From Entomortierella parvispora E1425 (lineage: Eukaryota; Fungi; Mortierellomycota), in contig BQFW01000013.1 of the NCBI GenBank assembly GCA_020891255.1, positions 1,054,001 through 1,118,000 of the forward strand: a stretch of DNA of 64,000 nt, read 5' to 3'. Position 1 is the first letter of the stretch. Every line of letters starts with the position of its first letter. The position numbers were made by a program, and so were the translations under genes. Of the stretch, positions 61,466 through 64,000 are shown one piece after another. The notes under the pieces are model-generated. The model saw only the letters and a program-made list of their open reading frames with translations. It searched no databases and was not told where the DNA came from.

Positions 61466-63489
61466 GTGACGATCATTGGATCTCTCTCTTTCTCTTTCTC
61501 TCTTCAGCCTTTCTCCTTCATCCTTCGTATTTTCTTCACCTTCATTACAAAGCTATCGCTACCACCCATCGTCTCCGGATATCTATTACGAGTCTTGCCT
61601 TTGTATGGGAAGGTTCATCTGTCGGACAACTATATCTGTTTCAGGTCGAGGGTCTACGGGACAAGCACAAGGGTTATTCTACCGCTTGAGGATGTGGAGC
61701 AAAGTATCATGGAACACGCTTCTATTTCCATGGTCTGGGTCTTCTCACAAAGACGGGCAACGAAATCTTTTTGGAATTTTCCAACACTACACGTGGGATT
61801 CCATCATGCAATCTGTTCGAGATCGAATCACGCCCGAGGCACAAGAACGACGAAGGCTGTACAAGAAGCAGGCTCCCCCAGAATCACCTTCTCTCGTACT
61901 GGACGATCCTATGGAATCTCGTGTACTGGATTCACTTCAGTTGCGCGAGGAGAGGATACGTGGAGGGCCAATGTCATTGGCGGCACATCCTGGATTCAAG
62001 CCCTCAAGTCCTTTTCACTTCGCATGCCTCACGATCGGAAGCTGAGGTGACGTTCAACCGTATATTGCGCCTTGTAAGCGGCTTATGGAAGGCGGCCATT
62101 CTTGTCGAATAGCTACCCATGGAGAGTACAAGAACTGGATCGAAGGCCATGAGATCGAATTTGGCCATGTTGGAGTAAGTGATAGAGTGTCTCGCAACTC
62201 CCGTAATTGCCCAACGGAATGGAAAAATAATAATAACCAGAGATGCTCTACTTTTTCACAGGGTGATCCTGGAGAACCAATTGAGCTCTGCGTGGAAAAT
62301 GGCATGTTCACGGTATCCTTCATCCGTGAGGGCTTGAAAAAATTCAGAGGTTGGCTGGACGATAACATGAAAACACCCTGGAAAGCTTGCCAAAATACGG
62401 ATGTGATCATTGAATCACCCTCAGCCATGGCAGGAATCCATGTCGCGGAGAAACTTGAAATCCCCTATTTTCGAGCCTTTCCGTTCCCTTGGAACCGAAC
62501 TCGAGCCTTTCCTCATCCCTTCGCTGTCGCAGAGCGCAACCTGGGACGAGGTTACAACTACATAACCTATGCCACGATTGAGCAAGTCTTTTGGAAAGGC
62601 GTTTCGGGTCAGATCAACAAATGGCGCCACCGTAGTCTAGGTTTGCCCGCAGCGACTTTAGAGCGGATGGAAGCTCATCGCGTAGCCGACCCTTTACTCT
62701 TGGAGCCCATGTGTCGTCCCCGCTCCTATGGATTAGCATTCTTGGGTTCACGTAACTGGGTACCGGTTTCTGGACAATCCGGATCATTCTTGGACTCCAC
62801 CAGACGGCCTAGAGGAATTTTTAGAGGCGGACCCCGACAATAAGCCCGTTTATATTGGCTTTGGATCTATGGCCGTCTCAGATCCAAATGAGATAACTAG
62901 GACGATCATCGAGGCCGTCCTCAAGTCCAACGCTCGGGCGATTATCTCCAAAGGCTGGTCTGACAAGTCTGGATCAAAAGACGGATCGAAGACAACAAAC
63001 TACCCTGCCGCCATCTACATGCTTGAGTCTGTACCTCACGACTGGCTCTTTCATCGCCTCGCTGGCGTGGTCCATCATGGAGGAGCAGGAGCAACCGCCG
63101 CGGGACTTCGTGCAGGAGTCCTGACCATGATCAAGCTGTACTTTGGAGACCAGCGCTTTTGGGCCCAGCGTGAGGAAGATGATGGAGTCAGTGTTTGGTG
63201 CCGCGACCTCACGGTCAAGAAATTGTCTTCTTCATTGTCGACTATTACCACCGACGAGAAGATGATTAAGAAGGCTCAAATGATGGGAGAGCGTATTCGT
63301 GCAGAGGATGGTGTTGGCACTGCGATCCAGTACTTTTACCACGACCGAGCCCTTGCCAAGGGGCGCCTCGGAGATCAACAGAAGAAAAAAGAAAAGGTGT
63401 CAAGGTTCAATGGGATCTGGACAAACCAAAAGCCACAGGAGCCATGGACCGGGATTGGGCTCCAGAGAGAAAGTCCAGCCCCACTGTGA
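61466..63489 (+). pseudogene. Sterol 3-beta-glucosyltransferase (ATG26/UGT51-like) pseudogene
   Basis: GRAM-like segment (LYGKVHLSDNYICFRS), LTIGS*GDVQPY (TGA replacing the usual Arg), PAPMD*HSW (TAG replacing the usual Trp), VVHHGGAGATAAGLRAG, and several frameshifts. Confidence 0.85.
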
Positions 63490-64000
63490 CAACAACAATG
63501 GAGCATTCGGCCACATTTGGAGGCAAAAACAACCATACCAGAATGGACGATGCCATCTCTCATTGTAGTGACCGTCTCCAAACCTCTGCGACCGAACCAA
63601 TTCCAGACCATTTCGAAGAAAAAACAAAGGAGAGGAACGATAATCTGTCCCCGGTGGAACTTGCGGCTGACCTCGAGGCAATGCACCCCCTCACCCAGGC
63701 CAACCCACTCATGTTACCCATCTAGGATATTCTTCGAGTCATGGGGGTCCGGATGAAGACGGCGACGACGAGGACACGTGTTACCGAGATATCTCAAAGG
63801 ATGATTATGAGGATATGGGGGAGACAAAGAAGAATCCATCAAAGGTTCGAAAAGCGATGAAATCGCTCAAAGCGAAAGCGAAGCACGTCAAGGGTCGCCT
63901 GAGATCATCCTCTCCTGGCAACACCGGTGTCGAAACAAGGGAAGCCTAGCGCAAAAGGACAGTGATAGGCGACGAGTCGCCAACAGTATAACAATTCAAA

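Overview
This is a gene-dense, intron-containing eukaryotic window, most likely from an early-diverging fungus of the Mortierellaceae. That is an inference from the intron style, a DASH Spc34-like gene, and expanded FAD-monooxygenase and F-box/LRR families. Core genes: a KY-type transglutaminase-like peptidase, Fmp46-like redox protein, HSPA12-type Hsp70, Spc34-like, Pil1-like BAR protein, Cwf23/DNAJC17, VPS51, a DEK-like chromatin protein, DHTKD1-type E1, DNAJC11, a YbjQ/UPF0145 protein, ATP sulfurylase (MET3) and a Mic26/27-like repeat protein. An accessory block at 11.2-27.5 kb holds four tandem FAD-dependent monooxygenases followed by three tandem F-box/LRR genes (two disrupted) and a 257-bp TA-flanked MITE. 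The most striking observation is a 1.8-kb IS630-Tc1-mariner transposon at 47867-49672 (DD86E, Sailor-like spacing; 28-bp imperfect TIRs; TA duplication). It sits inside a tRNA-Gly(TCC) gene, and removing it in silico restores a complete 71-nt cloverleaf with a perfect acceptor stem. Pseudogenes or disrupted genes include an ODC-like remnant, a fourth F-box copy and a sterol glucosyltransferase (ATG26-like). Several frameshifts fall in homopolymers and may be assembly errors. All family assignments come from motif recognition by eye; no searches were run.
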